Part shown: one piece after another, positions 48,085 to 57,911 of the stretch | Position numbering within the stretch: position 1 is the first letter of the stretch | How the letters are laid out: the number at the start of each line of letters is the position of its first letter | Origin: a bacterium | GTDB lineage: Bacteria > Desulfobacterota > Binatia > Binatales > Binataceae | Direction: 5' to 3' | Assembly (NCBI GenBank): GCA_014896235.1 | Contig: JADBKU010000018.1 | Coordinates: 13,986 to 77,985 of the forward strand | Length of the DNA stretch: 64,000 nt | Translations under genes and position numbers: made by a program | Notes under the pieces: model-generated | What the model was told of the DNA's origin: nothing | The model's database searches: none | The model's input: the letters and a program-made list of their open reading frames with translations, nothing else

Positions 48085-48840
48085 TCACATCAGCGAATCG
48101 AGCAAAGCCGCCGAACGCAAGCGGCGGTCAAGAATCGAACCCAAGAAACGCGAGAGCGCAAGCGCGCCCTCGGCGCCAGCGTCCGTCATATGTGCAGCGT
48201 CCTCGACCGGCGCGCCCGCGAGTTCGGCCAGCGTCGCGGCGTTCGCGGCCGACAGGCGCACCGCGCCTTCGGGAGCATGCGCGCGGCATCGCGCACACAC
48301 CACGCCGCCGCGCGCGACCACGAAATAGGCGACGGCGCCTGCCGCGGATGGCAAATTCCCGCAAACCCGGCATCGGCCGAATTCCAGACCGAAGCCGGCG
48401 ACACGCAACAGATTAAGCTCGAACGCTTGGCGCATCGCGGCGCTCGCTCCCGAGCGGCCAAGCGCGCTGAACGCGCGCACCACCATCGCGTAGGCGTCGG
48501 CAGCGTCGGCGGCTTCGCCCGTCAGGGCGTCGGCCAGCTCGGCGATATAGCTGGCGAGCGCGATCTTGCCGAGGTCGTCGTCGAGAATCGGCGCCGGCGC
48601 GGGCGGCGGCTCGGCACGAGTGATAAAAACCAGATCGCCGTGAGGGCGGCGGCGGAAAAACAACGTAAGATGAGTGAGCGGTTCGAGCTTGCGTTCAAAG
48701 CGCCGGCGCGAGGATTTCGCGCCTTTGGCGATGCCGCCGAGCTTGCCGCAATCGCGCGTGAGGAGCGTGACGATACGATCGGATTCGGAATAGTCGCGCG
48801 CGCGCAGAACGATCGCGGGCGTGGACTCCTCGGCCGGCAT
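48085..48840 (-). CDS. recO: DNA repair protein RecO
   Basis: OB-fold N-terminus (AIVLRARDYSESDRIVTLLT), C4 zinc finger CRVCG...CARC. 251 aa. Confidence 0.75.
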   Translation of the reverse strand: MPAEESTPAIVLRARDYSESDRIVTLLTRDCGKLGGIAKGAKSSRRRFERKLEPLTHLTLFFRRRPHGDLVFITRAEPPPAPAPILDDDLGKIALASYIAELADALTGEAADAADAYAMVVRAFSALGRSGASAAMRQAFELNLLRVAGFGLEFGRCRVCGNLPSAAGAVAYFVVARGGVVCARCRAHAPEGAVRLSAANAATLAELAGAPVEDAAHMTDAGAEGALALSRFLGSILDRRLRSAALLDSLM

Positions 48841-48847
48841 CGCGCGC

Positions 48848-49975
48848 CTACAGCGCCTCGCGCAGCAAGGCCTGTTGAATCTCCATGACCTGCGCGCGCA
48901 TCGCGGCGATCGCGCCGACGGGGCGGCCGTTCTCCCCGGCTTCGCGAATCAGATGGTCGAACCGATTGAGGATATTGGCGAGCTTGGCGTGCGCCTCGAT
49001 CGTCGCGCGCTTGCGCAACTCGTCGCTTTCCCATTGGCGGACGGCGTATTCGCGCAGTTCCTGACCCTGAATCAGGAGCTCGCGGGCCTCGTCTTCGAAT
49101 CCTTTGACGAGACTGCGAAGCGCGTCGCGGACTTTGGGTATTTCCTCCGGATCTTTCCAGAGAACATGTTCGAGCAGGGCAAGGTCGTCTTCAGCGACGC
49201 GATCGCGCCCGTTCAGCATCGCATGCGCGCGCAGCAGGCCAAGCGAATTGCGCCAGCGCCGATCGGAAACGGTAATCTGTTCGCCGGCGAGCCGGCGGCG
49301 CAGTTCGGCGATCGCGCGGAGAATCGCGCCCGGAACCGGAATCGCGGCGGCGGCCGTGCGGAGAGCGTCGAGTTCGGCGAGCGTCAACGTGGTGTGCGCC
49401 GCGGCCGCGCCGCCCTCGAGCATCTTCAGGAAACGGAATTCTTCGCCGATATAATCGACCATGAAGCGGAGCATGAAGCGGTCGTACAGGGCGGTCAGCT
49501 CCTCCTCGTCAGGCAGCTCGTTGGACGCGCCGAACATGGTGATCAGCGGCACGGCCATCCGTTCGCGCCCGTTGTGGAACAGGCGTTCGTTGATCAGCGT
49601 CAGCAGCGCATTGAGGATCGAAGAATTCGCCTTGAAGATTTCGTCGAGAAACGCGATATGCGCTTCCGGCAGCTTATGGTCGGTCACGCGGCGATAGTCG
49701 TCGTTTTCGAGCGCGCGCAGGCTGACCGCGCCGAAAATTTCCTCGGGCGTGGTGAATCGCGTGAGCAGCCATTGAAAATACTTGGCGCCTTCGATGCGGC
49801 GGCAGAGTTCGTCGGCAAGCATCGATTTGGCCGTGCCGGGCGGCCCAATCACGAGCACATGGCTGGCCGACGCAAGCGCGCAAAGCGCGCCGTCAACCAG
49901 CTCGGCGCGTTCGAGAAAAAGCTGATTCAGCTCGCCGCGAATCGCGGCGAGTTTGCGCAGCGTTTCGGACATCAA
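48848..49975 (-). CDS. RavA-like MoxR-class AAA+ ATPase (short form lacking a LARA domain)
   Basis: VLVIGPPGTAKS Walker A, LLTRFTTPEEIFG, HIAFLDEIFKANSSILNALLTLINER (Walker B/sensor), VSDRRWRNSLGLLRAHAMLNGR. All collinear with E. coli RavA over aa 1-330. 375 aa. Confidence 0.65.
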   Translation of the reverse strand: MMSETLRKLAAIRGELNQLFLERAELVDGALCALASASHVLVIGPPGTAKSMLADELCRRIEGAKYFQWLLTRFTTPEEIFGAVSLRALENDDYRRVTDHKLPEAHIAFLDEIFKANSSILNALLTLINERLFHNGRERMAVPLITMFGASNELPDEEELTALYDRFMLRFMVDYIGEEFRFLKMLEGGAAAAHTTLTLAELDALRTAAAAIPVPGAILRAIAELRRRLAGEQITVSDRRWRNSLGLLRAHAMLNGRDRVAEDDLALLEHVLWKDPEEIPKVRDALRSLVKGFEDEARELLIQGQELREYAVRQWESDELRKRATIEAHAKLANILNRFDHLIREAGENGRPVGAIAAMRAQVMEIQQALLREAL

Positions 49976-50193
49976 TTTGATTCCATCGTGGCGATGCGTC
50001 CGCGGAAAAATTTATCAAACCGCGCCGATCCGCGTAAGCCGCCGCCGGCGTGTGCGCCGCGGCCTTGCCGGATCGCGCCGCCGGCGCTAGTAAGATGGTC
50101 AAGTAGCGCCATATAAATTCGCGCGCCGCCCCCCCCGGCGGGCGCACCACCGCACGAGCGCGCTGAAACGCTGCTCGTGTCTGGAGATTGCCG

Positions 50194-51393
50194 ATGGAAA
50201 AAGCTTTGGCCGGAGTGAAGGTGCTGGACCTGACGCAGTTCGAGGCCGGAACGTCATGCACCGAGATGCTGGCGTGGCTCGGAGCGAACGTAATCAAAGT
50301 TGAGCCGCCGAAGATGGGCGAGCAGGGGCGCTGGCTGCTGACCGAAAAACCCGGCGTCGATTCCCACTACTTCATGCTGCTGAACGCGAACAAGCGCAGC
50401 GTGACGCTCAATCTCAAATCGGAGCGTGGCAAGGAGATTTTCCGCGAGCTGGCGAAGAAGGTGGATATCCTGGCGGAAAACTACTCGCTGGGCGTGCTCG
50501 AAAGCCTTGGACTTGGCTACGAGAGCTTGCGCGAGATAAACCCGCGGCTGATTTACCTGACAATCAAAGGTTTTGGCACGCACGGCCCATACAGCAAATA
50601 CAAGAGCTTCGACATGATCGCGCAGGCGACCGGCGGCGCGATGTCGCTGACCGGATTTCCGGGGTCGCCGCCGCTGAAGCCGGGTCCGACGATCGGCGAC
50701 ACCGGCACGGGAATCCATGCGGCCTGCGGAGTGCTGGCGGCTTATATCCAGCGCGAACGCACCGGCAAAGGACAGAAGGTCGAAGTCGCGATGCAGGAGG
50801 CGGTTTTCAATTTCGTGCGCGTGCCGATGATGGGCACGTACATCACCAACGAGCCGACGCCGCGCGCCGGCAATCGCCTCGCCTCGGGCGCGATCGGAGA
50901 CATCTACAAATGCGCGCCCGGCGGGCCGAACGACTATGTTTACATGCTCTGCACGACGCCCGAGATGTTCGAGGCGATGTGCAAGACGATCGGTCGTCCC
51001 GAAGTGTTCGAGGATCCGCGCTTCCGCGACCGGCGCGAACGCGTGAAATATATCGAAGAGCTGTCGCGCATTATCGAGGACTGGACGTCGCGGCGTCCCA
51101 AGCACGAAGTGATGCGGCTGATGGGCGAGGCGGGCGTGCCGTGCGGCGCGGTGCTCGACAGCGTCGAATTGCTCAACGATCCACATATGCGCGAGCGCGG
51201 CATGGTGGTGACGGTGGACCATCCGGCGCGGGGTAAATTCACGATGCCGGGATGTCCCGTGCGGCTGGAAGATTCGCCGGTGGAGGTCAAGGCGGCCCCG
51301 CTGCTCGGCCAACACAATAGTGAGGTATACGGCGAACTGCTCGGTTATTCAGAGGCCGACTTGGCGTCGCTCAAGGAGCAGGGTATCCTTTAG
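50194..51393 (+). CDS. Family III CoA-transferase (CaiB/BaiF; formyl-CoA transferase-like)
   Basis: LAGVKVLDLTQFEAG N-terminus, conserved Asp region (GDTGTG), 399 aa. GGAG RBS. Confidence 0.8.
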   Translation: MEKALAGVKVLDLTQFEAGTSCTEMLAWLGANVIKVEPPKMGEQGRWLLTEKPGVDSHYFMLLNANKRSVTLNLKSERGKEIFRELAKKVDILAENYSLGVLESLGLGYESLREINPRLIYLTIKGFGTHGPYSKYKSFDMIAQATGGAMSLTGFPGSPPLKPGPTIGDTGTGIHAACGVLAAYIQRERTGKGQKVEVAMQEAVFNFVRVPMMGTYITNEPTPRAGNRLASGAIGDIYKCAPGGPNDYVYMLCTTPEMFEAMCKTIGRPEVFEDPRFRDRRERVKYIEELSRIIEDWTSRRPKHEVMRLMGEAGVPCGAVLDSVELLNDPHMRERGMVVTVDHPARGKFTMPGCPVRLEDSPVEVKAAPLLGQHNSEVYGELLGYSEADLASLKEQGIL

Positions 51394-51511
51394 GACGGCT
51401 TGGCGCCGCTTGACGTTAAACGGTCGAACGGCGCCGGCCACGAAAACTGTGGCAACCGCCAGACTATCCATAGCCAGCGAGGCGCGGCGTCGCAGAGCGA
51501 ACTTGCTGCTA

Positions 51512-51793
51512 ATGGCGCTCGCGCTGGTGTTCGCGCAGATGGTCGTGGCAGGGCATTTCCATCGCGTCGACTCGACCAAACGCGTCATCTCGCCGGCGCA
51601 GACCGCCTTAGACTCGGCAGCCTGTCCTCTGTGTGCATTCGCGTGCCATTCGCCGGTTAAACCGGCCGTCGCGCCCGCGATTGAGCGCCCCGTGTTGACG
51701 ATCCGGTTGATCGCGGCCGTAACGATTCAGCGTGCGTTCGGCGCGCCGTTCTCCGCATGGCGCACCCGCGCTCCTCCCGTAATCCTTCTCTGA
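51512..51793 (+). CDS. Small hydrophobic His/Cys-containing protein (DUF2946-like?) upstream of the TonB-dependent receptor
   Basis: MALALVFAQMVVAGHFH...AACPLCAFACH. Position and His/Cys pattern resemble small metal-binding proteins found beside TonB-dependent receptor genes. Weak evidence. Confidence 0.25.
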   Translation: MALALVFAQMVVAGHFHRVDSTKRVISPAQTALDSAACPLCAFACHSPVKPAVAPAIERPVLTIRLIAAVTIQRAFGAPFSAWRTRAPPVILL

Positions 51794-51987
51794 TCGCCGT
51801 TCGATCACATTTTTAATTTCCTTTGTCCGAACGCGGATTCAGCCGCGTGCGGGATGGCGCGCGATCGAACAAATTGTGCGGCGGTCGCGGCCAAAGAGGA
51901 TGGCGTTTCGCGCGGAGGTTCGCGGGAAAACCGTATCGGTCCCGACGCATCCGCTTAACTGGCGCCAGCGTCAATTGAACGCCACAC

Positions 51988-52015
51988 GCATTCGAATGCG
52001 CAGTCCGATTCGCAT
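51988..52015. promoter_or_regulatory. Perfect palindrome GCATTCGAATGC plus half-site repeat ATTCGCAT upstream of the TonB-dependent receptor gene
   Basis: 12-bp perfect palindrome at 51988-51999. ATTCGCAT half-site repeat at 52008-52015, 30 nt upstream of the ATG at 52045. Operator-like. Confidence 0.4.
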
Positions 52016-52044
52016 CGACGCCCAGCGGAGTCGAGAAATTCGCG

Positions 52045-54444
52045 ATGCTGAGAAGGAAGAATTTCCAATTGCTTTTCTTATTATCTGCGCTCGCGATCGC
52101 GGCGCGCGCGGGATGCGCATTCGCAGCCGAAGCCGCGACCGGCCGGCCCAACGCAAGAAAACTTCACGGCACGGTCAAGGACGCCCTCAATCGGCCGGCG
52201 CCGGGGGTCGAATTGATGCTCGAAAACAGCAGTGGACAGGTCGTCGGGCGAGCGACCGTTGACGCCAAAGGAATTTTTGCGATTGCCGCGCCGCCGCCCG
52301 GGCTTTATTTGCTGATCGCCAAAAGCCCGGGCTTTTCGGTCGCGAGCAAGCTTGTTTCGATCACGCCCAATGGGCCAATCGCGCCTATTACGCTCGCCAT
52401 GAAATCGCTCAAACCGCTCACGGTCGCCGTATCAGCGCATCGGCGCAGAGCGACGCCGAACCGGCTCTCCGAAACCGGCAACAGCGCCTACACGATGTCG
52501 AGTCAGAATATTTCGGCGCTGCCCGCCGGCGTCAATACGACCATTAGCAACGTGCTTCTGCAGATGCCCGGCGTGGCGCAGGACGAAAATGGCCAAATTC
52601 ACGTGCGCGGCTCGCACGCGGATCTGCAATGGCGGGTGAACGGCGTGATGCTTCCGCTCGACAGCTTCAGCGGATTCGGTCAGGTGCTTTCGTCCTATTC
52701 GGTGCGCAGCTTCAGCCTCGTGGACGGGGCGCTGCCCGCGCAATACGGTTACCGCGACGCCGGCATTCTCGACATTCAAACCAAAGACGGTTGCGCCAAT
52801 CCGGGCGGACATTTTGAATTTTACGGCGGCCAGCGCGAAACCGTTCAGCCGAGCTTCGAGTATGGCGGCTGCAAAGGCAAATTCAGCTTCTACACCACCG
52901 GCTTTTATCTGCACGACAATATCGGCCTGAGTTCCGCGACGCCAGGGGCGACGCCGATCCACGATCTGACCGATCAGGGCCAGTGGTTCGGCTATTTCTC
53001 ATATTTTCTCAACCCGACCACGCGCCTTTCGTTCACTTCCGGCGTATCGGTCGCCGACAACCAGTTTCCGACCTATCCGGGCCAAATTCCGCTTTACAAG
53101 CTCGCCGGCGTGAATCCGGCCGCTTATCCATCGACGGATCTCAACGAAAATCTCTCGCAACGATACTACTTCGGGATTCTCGCGCTGCAGGGCGCGGTCG
53201 GCGTTAATTTCAACTATCAGATCGCCTACACCGCTAAGTATAATACGATTCAATTCAATCCGGATCCGATTGGCGATTTGATATATCAGGGCGTCGCCTC
53301 GCAGGCCTTTCACAGCGAATTCGCCAATTCGCTGCAAGCCGACGCGACTTATCATCTCGGGAAATCCCATACGATAGCCGCCGGCCTGTATGCGGGGGAA
53401 TACGGTGAAACGCTCGACGACACGTCGTTGACTTTCCCCGCGTCCCCCGACGGCAAGCAGACCAGCGACATTCCTATATCGGTCGTGGATAACACGAACG
53501 GCGTTGCATGGCTCGCCGGACTATATGTGCAAGATCACTGGCGTCTGACCGAAAAGTTGAGCCTTAATTACGGCGCGCGATGGGATCAGATGGCCGGCTT
53601 TGTCGGTTCGGCTAATCAACTCAGCCCTCGCGCCAACCTGGTTTATGATCCGATAAAACACCTGACGCTGCACGCCGGCGTATCGCGTTATTTTCAAACC
53701 CCGTCGTTTTACGCGATCTCGCCGCGCAGCTTCAGCGTCTTCAAAGGCACCACCGCAGCCGTGCCTCCCGGCAATCCGACGCCCAACCCCGAAAGGGACT
53801 GGTATTTCGACGCCGGCGCCCGGCTCACCGATCTGCTGCCCGGCCTCACGCTGGGCGAAGACGCTTATTACCAATACGCCCATCAGATCCTCGATTTCGG
53901 CCAGTTCGGCTTCGTACCGATCTTCGCGCCGTTCAATTACCGAACCGGGCGGATCTATGGCGCGGAAACGACAGCGACTTATCAATTCATGAAATCGCTC
54001 TCGTTAGGAGCGAATTTCTCCTACTCTGTGGCTCAAGGCCGGGACGTTACGACAGGGCAATTCAACTTCACGCCGGCGGAATTGGAATACGCCGCGGGCC
54101 ATTACATATACCTTGACCATCAACAATTTTTCACCGTTTCAAGCTGGGCGGCATACAACTGGCGCCAATGGATGTTCAGCGCAAGTTGCGATTACGGCAG
54201 CGGATTGCGCGCCGGATTCGCCAATACAGAGGAGGTTCCAGCCAATTGGCAGCTCGATCTGGGCGCGGGGCGCAGCTTCGACGTCGCGCCGCTGGGCAAG
54301 GTAACCTCGCGCGTAACCATAATTAACGTATTCGATCGCACCAACATCCTGCGCGAAGGCACGGGCATCGGCGTGTTCGTTCCGGCATACGGCCCCCGAC
54401 GCGCGGTGTACGGCTCGGTCTCCGTGCCGCTGCCCGCGTTTTAA
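52045..54444 (+). CDS. TonB-dependent outer-membrane receptor with N-terminal carboxypeptidase-regulatory-like domain
   Basis: Signal peptide, CarbopepD_reg-like start (HGTVKDALNRPAPGVELMLE), plug, 22-strand barrel. C-terminal ...VYGSVSVPLPAF terminal aromatic. 799 aa. Confidence 0.85.
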   Translation: MLRRKNFQLLFLLSALAIAARAGCAFAAEAATGRPNARKLHGTVKDALNRPAPGVELMLENSSGQVVGRATVDAKGIFAIAAPPPGLYLLIAKSPGFSVASKLVSITPNGPIAPITLAMKSLKPLTVAVSAHRRRATPNRLSETGNSAYTMSSQNISALPAGVNTTISNVLLQMPGVAQDENGQIHVRGSHADLQWRVNGVMLPLDSFSGFGQVLSSYSVRSFSLVDGALPAQYGYRDAGILDIQTKDGCANPGGHFEFYGGQRETVQPSFEYGGCKGKFSFYTTGFYLHDNIGLSSATPGATPIHDLTDQGQWFGYFSYFLNPTTRLSFTSGVSVADNQFPTYPGQIPLYKLAGVNPAAYPSTDLNENLSQRYYFGILALQGAVGVNFNYQIAYTAKYNTIQFNPDPIGDLIYQGVASQAFHSEFANSLQADATYHLGKSHTIAAGLYAGEYGETLDDTSLTFPASPDGKQTSDIPISVVDNTNGVAWLAGLYVQDHWRLTEKLSLNYGARWDQMAGFVGSANQLSPRANLVYDPIKHLTLHAGVSRYFQTPSFYAISPRSFSVFKGTTAAVPPGNPTPNPERDWYFDAGARLTDLLPGLTLGEDAYYQYAHQILDFGQFGFVPIFAPFNYRTGRIYGAETTATYQFMKSLSLGANFSYSVAQGRDVTTGQFNFTPAELEYAAGHYIYLDHQQFFTVSSWAAYNWRQWMFSASCDYGSGLRAGFANTEEVPANWQLDLGAGRSFDVAPLGKVTSRVTIINVFDRTNILREGTGIGVFVPAYGPRRAVYGSVSVPLPAF

Positions 54445-54499
54445 CGCCACGCCCGCAAGCGATGAGACTATCGATATTTACGTCACGAGGCTCAATACG

Positions 54500-55183
54500 A
54501 TGAACGAATTGAAAGGAGCATGGGACGCGATCGCCTACGGCGGGCCGATGGTTTATCCGCTGCTCGCGCTCGGCGTGATTGCGCTCGCCATCATTATCGA
54601 CCGCGCGGTCGCGTACGGGCGCTGCCTGCGCCTGCCTGGCGACCTGCTTGCGTTGGTCGAAACCTACGGTTTCGACTGGAAGGATCTGGAAAAACCGCTG
54701 GCCGCGCTCGGACCGCACAACGCCTATGCGCGTTTTTTCAAAACGATAGCCGACAATCGCGCCAAGCCCGTATGGTGGGTCGAATCGCGCGCGGGCGATG
54801 AAGCGGGCGCAATCGAGAAGACGCTGAATCGCGGCCTTTGGATTCTCGAAACCGTCGTCACCGCCGCTCCGTTGCTCGGCTTGCTCGGCACGATTACCGG
54901 CATGATGCAGGCGTTCAAAATTATCGGCACGTCCACGCTCGTCGCGCCGACGCAAGTGACTTCAGGCGTCGCCGAGGCGCTCATCGCGACGGCGCTCGGC
55001 CTTCTGATCGCCATTCTCTCGCTGTTCGGCTTCAATTTTTTTGCGCGCACGCAAGCGCAGGCGCTCGACAACATGGAGCGTTTGGGTTCGCGCCTCATCG
55101 ATCATATCCGGCTTGATCAGGAAAATGGCGAGTCCGAAAACGCGGCGGCGCCGCTGGCGCTGGCGCGGGAGGCCGCCCGATGA
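54500..55183 (+). CDS. exbB: MotA/TolQ/ExbB proton-channel protein
   Basis: Three TM helices, conserved LLGLLGTITGMMQAF motif. 227 aa. Confidence 0.85.
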   Translation: MNELKGAWDAIAYGGPMVYPLLALGVIALAIIIDRAVAYGRCLRLPGDLLALVETYGFDWKDLEKPLAALGPHNAYARFFKTIADNRAKPVWWVESRAGDEAGAIEKTLNRGLWILETVVTAAPLLGLLGTITGMMQAFKIIGTSTLVAPTQVTSGVAEALIATALGLLIAILSLFGFNFFARTQAQALDNMERLGSRLIDHIRLDQENGESENAAAPLALAREAAR

Positions 55184-55581
55184 AGCTCAAACGATCGCGG
55201 GCGGCGCGGCGCGGGCGAATCGAAATCATCCCCATGATCGACGTGATGTTCTTCCTGCTCGCGACTTTCATGCTCGCGTCGCTCTCGATGCAAACGCTGA
55301 ATTCGCTCAAAGTCAACCTGCCCGAAGGCTCGGCCGCTCCGATTAGCCATCGGGAACCGGTGACGCTCACTGTCACACGAGAGGGCGACATTCTGGTCGA
55401 TAAGACCCCCGTTACGCTCGACACGCTGGCCGCCGTTCTCGCGCCGCGGCTCGCCGCAGGCGACCATGGCGTCGTAGTCAACGCGGACAGCGCCGCGCCG
55501 GAGGGAGTGGTGGTGCGCGCGATGCTGCGGGCGCGCGCCGCGGGCGTCGATCACTTCACTATCGCGGTCAGACGCGAATGA
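55180..55581 (+). CDS. exbD: Biopolymer transport protein ExbD/TolR
   Basis: IEIIPMIDVMFFLLATFML N-terminal TM signature. 133 aa. Overlaps exbB by 4 nt. Confidence 0.85.
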   Translation: MKLKRSRAARRGRIEIIPMIDVMFFLLATFMLASLSMQTLNSLKVNLPEGSAAPISHREPVTLTVTREGDILVDKTPVTLDTLAAVLAPRLAAGDHGVVVNADSAAPEGVVVRAMLRARAAGVDHFTIAVRRE

Positions 55582-56300
55582 CGAGTTGGCCGAATATATC
55601 CGGCGGACCGGCGCTCGACGATCAGCGCTGGCGGATGCTCTGGATTGTGCCGTTATCGGTCGCGCTCTGGTTCGTCATCCTTGAAGGCTTCGCGCGCGTG
55701 CTGGAACGATCCGCCCCGCCGGCGCCCGAATCGACGACGGTACAGGCGCAAATCGTCGAACTGCCGCCGCAATCGAACCCGGCCGGAGCAATCGCTCATC
55801 CGGCCGCCGCCGCGTCGCCGGGTCCTATAGAAAAGCCAAAGCCCGTCGTTCGTCACCACCCGATGCCGCGACATCGCGAGGTGGTTCATCCTCCATCACC
55901 CTCCGGGACGGCCAAAGCGACCGAACAACCCCATGAGGCCGCGCCGGCTTCGAGTGCTGCGCCCGCCGGCGGAGCATCAACGCCACCTGGTCCCACGTCT
56001 CCGGCCGGGGGCGGCTTCAACCTCGGCGGCGGCGCATCTGGCGCCCGCGCGGTCTATGCGCCAACGCCGACCATTCCCGACGATCTGCGCGACCAGCAAA
56101 TCGATACGGTCGCGATAGCTCATTTTATCGTCAAGGCCGACGGAACCGACGACGTAACCCTGTCGCAACCAACGTCGATTCCCGAGTTGAACCAGGTCTT
56201 GCTCGACACGCTCAAGCAATGGCGCTTCTTTCCGGCGGTGCGCAATGGCGTTGCGATCGACTCCGAATTTGACGTACGAATTCCTATAACCGTTCAATGA
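55578..56300 (+). CDS. tonB: Energy transducer TonB (Pro-rich spacer, C-terminal TonB domain)
   Basis: N-terminal TM, Pro-rich linker, C-terminal PTIPDDLRDQQIDTVAIAHFIVKADGT...LKQWRFFPA. Overlaps exbD by 4 nt. Confidence 0.75.
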   Translation: MTSWPNISGGPALDDQRWRMLWIVPLSVALWFVILEGFARVLERSAPPAPESTTVQAQIVELPPQSNPAGAIAHPAAAASPGPIEKPKPVVRHHPMPRHREVVHPPSPSGTAKATEQPHEAAPASSAAPAGGASTPPGPTSPAGGGFNLGGGASGARAVYAPTPTIPDDLRDQQIDTVAIAHFIVKADGTDDVTLSQPTSIPELNQVLLDTLKQWRFFPAVRNGVAIDSEFDVRIPITVQ

Positions 56301-57904
56301 GCGTGACAAACTCTCGAAAAGGCCGGGCTTCCGATGGCGTTTTCGGCGCGGTTGAGTTTTTGCGCGAAGCGGGCGAATCGATGCTCCGCCGCTTCGTACG
56401 GACGCATCGCGGCGCCGCCTATGCGGAGATTCGGTTCGAAGCTTCATTTACCCGAACCGCATCCGCGGTTGACGGCGAGGCGCGCGATGCGTTCGAAAGC
56501 AGCAACGCTGCGTTAGGCGTGCGCGTGCGATGCGCCGCGGGCGGCGGCGCCGTCGGCGAAGGCTTCACAGGCGTAGAGGTTGGCAGGATTGCGCTCGGCC
56601 GCACGAAGCTTGCCGCGTCGATCGATTCGGCGCTCGCTGAAGCTTTCGGGCGCGCGCGATGCAATGCCCGCGAAATGGCGGCGCTCGCGCGATCCCTCCC
56701 GGCGGCGGCAATGAAATCGATCATGCTTTTCGGAGAAGTCGCGCCGTCATGCGAACGCGCCGAAATTGTGGCAATCTACCGGCACGATCCGCGCACGCTC
56801 AATCCGTCGGAACTCGGCCGCGCCTGCCGGGAGGCGTCGGCGGAGATTGCCGCGCTCGGGCCAGAAATCGCCTACAATGCAGTCACCGCGCTGAGCGAAT
56901 TGCGCCATGAGGTTTTTATCAACACGGCCGGCGCGAATATCTCGCAGGCATTCGCGTTCTCTCAGGGCGATTGTTATGTCGTGGCCGCAGCCGGCGGCGG
57001 TTATCAGGAAAGCTACGACACGATTGGCCAACAACGCGGCTTCGAGTGTCTTGCCGACGATTGGCGCGATGAACTGGCGCCCAATCCCGGCCTCCATCGC
57101 TTCGCCGTGGAACTCGGCCGCGAAACGCGTGAGGTCGCCGCGGCGCCCGCCTTAAAACCCCCTGACGGCGAAGTCGTGGTCGTCACCGATCCCCATTTCA
57201 ACGCGCTGATTGCCCACGAAATTATCGGCCATCCGTGCGAAGCCGACCGTGCGCTGAAGATGGAGGCCGCCTATGCGGGCCGCAGCTGGTTTTTGGGCTC
57301 GCTGGAGCGCAATGAAATCGGCCGGCCAGTCGGTTCTCCCCTCCTTTGGGCCTGCTCCGACCCGACGCTCAACGGCTACGGACACTATCTTTACGACCAC
57401 GAAGGCACGCCCGGCCGGCGGGTGACGCATATCGAAGGCGGGGTATTTCGCGGATTTCTCAATTCGCGCGCCACCGCCGCGATCCTTGGCGTTGAGCCGA
57501 ACGGTTCCGCGCGCGCGAGCGAAGCGTGGCACGCGCCGTTGATCCGGATGTCCAACACATTCTTCATGCCGGGCGGGAGCGACCCGCGGAAAATCATCGC
57601 GGAAGTTGATCGCGGCTATTACGTTTGCGGCCATCTGGTTCCATCGATCGCGGAGTCGCGCGAGAATTTCCGTATCTCGGCGCGCCGCGTTTATGAAATC
57701 GAGCACGGCCGGATCGGCAGGCTCTTCCGATCCGGCTCGGTGATCGCGGATGCGAAGCGCTTTTTCAGCGCGATCGACGCGGTCGGCGACGATTTGCGCC
57801 TCGTCGCGATACCCAATTGCGGCAAGGGCCAACCGATGCAGGTCAAGCGGATGTCGAACGGCGGTCCGACGTTGCGCTCGCGCGCGCGGCTCGGAGGCGG
57901 ATGA
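56297..57904 (+). CDS. tldD: TldD-family (peptidase U62) metalloprotease
   Basis: HEIIGH (HExxxH) zinc motif, GxC conserved blocks, 535 aa. Overlaps tonB by 4 nt. Confidence 0.75.
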   Translation: MSVTNSRKGRASDGVFGAVEFLREAGESMLRRFVRTHRGAAYAEIRFEASFTRTASAVDGEARDAFESSNAALGVRVRCAAGGGAVGEGFTGVEVGRIALGRTKLAASIDSALAEAFGRARCNAREMAALARSLPAAAMKSIMLFGEVAPSCERAEIVAIYRHDPRTLNPSELGRACREASAEIAALGPEIAYNAVTALSELRHEVFINTAGANISQAFAFSQGDCYVVAAAGGGYQESYDTIGQQRGFECLADDWRDELAPNPGLHRFAVELGRETREVAAAPALKPPDGEVVVVTDPHFNALIAHEIIGHPCEADRALKMEAAYAGRSWFLGSLERNEIGRPVGSPLLWACSDPTLNGYGHYLYDHEGTPGRRVTHIEGGVFRGFLNSRATAAILGVEPNGSARASEAWHAPLIRMSNTFFMPGGSDPRKIIAEVDRGYYVCGHLVPSIAESRENFRISARRVYEIEHGRIGRLFRSGSVIADAKRFFSAIDAVGDDLRLVAIPNCGKGQPMQVKRMSNGGPTLRSRARLGGG

Positions 57905-57911
57905 TCGCACG

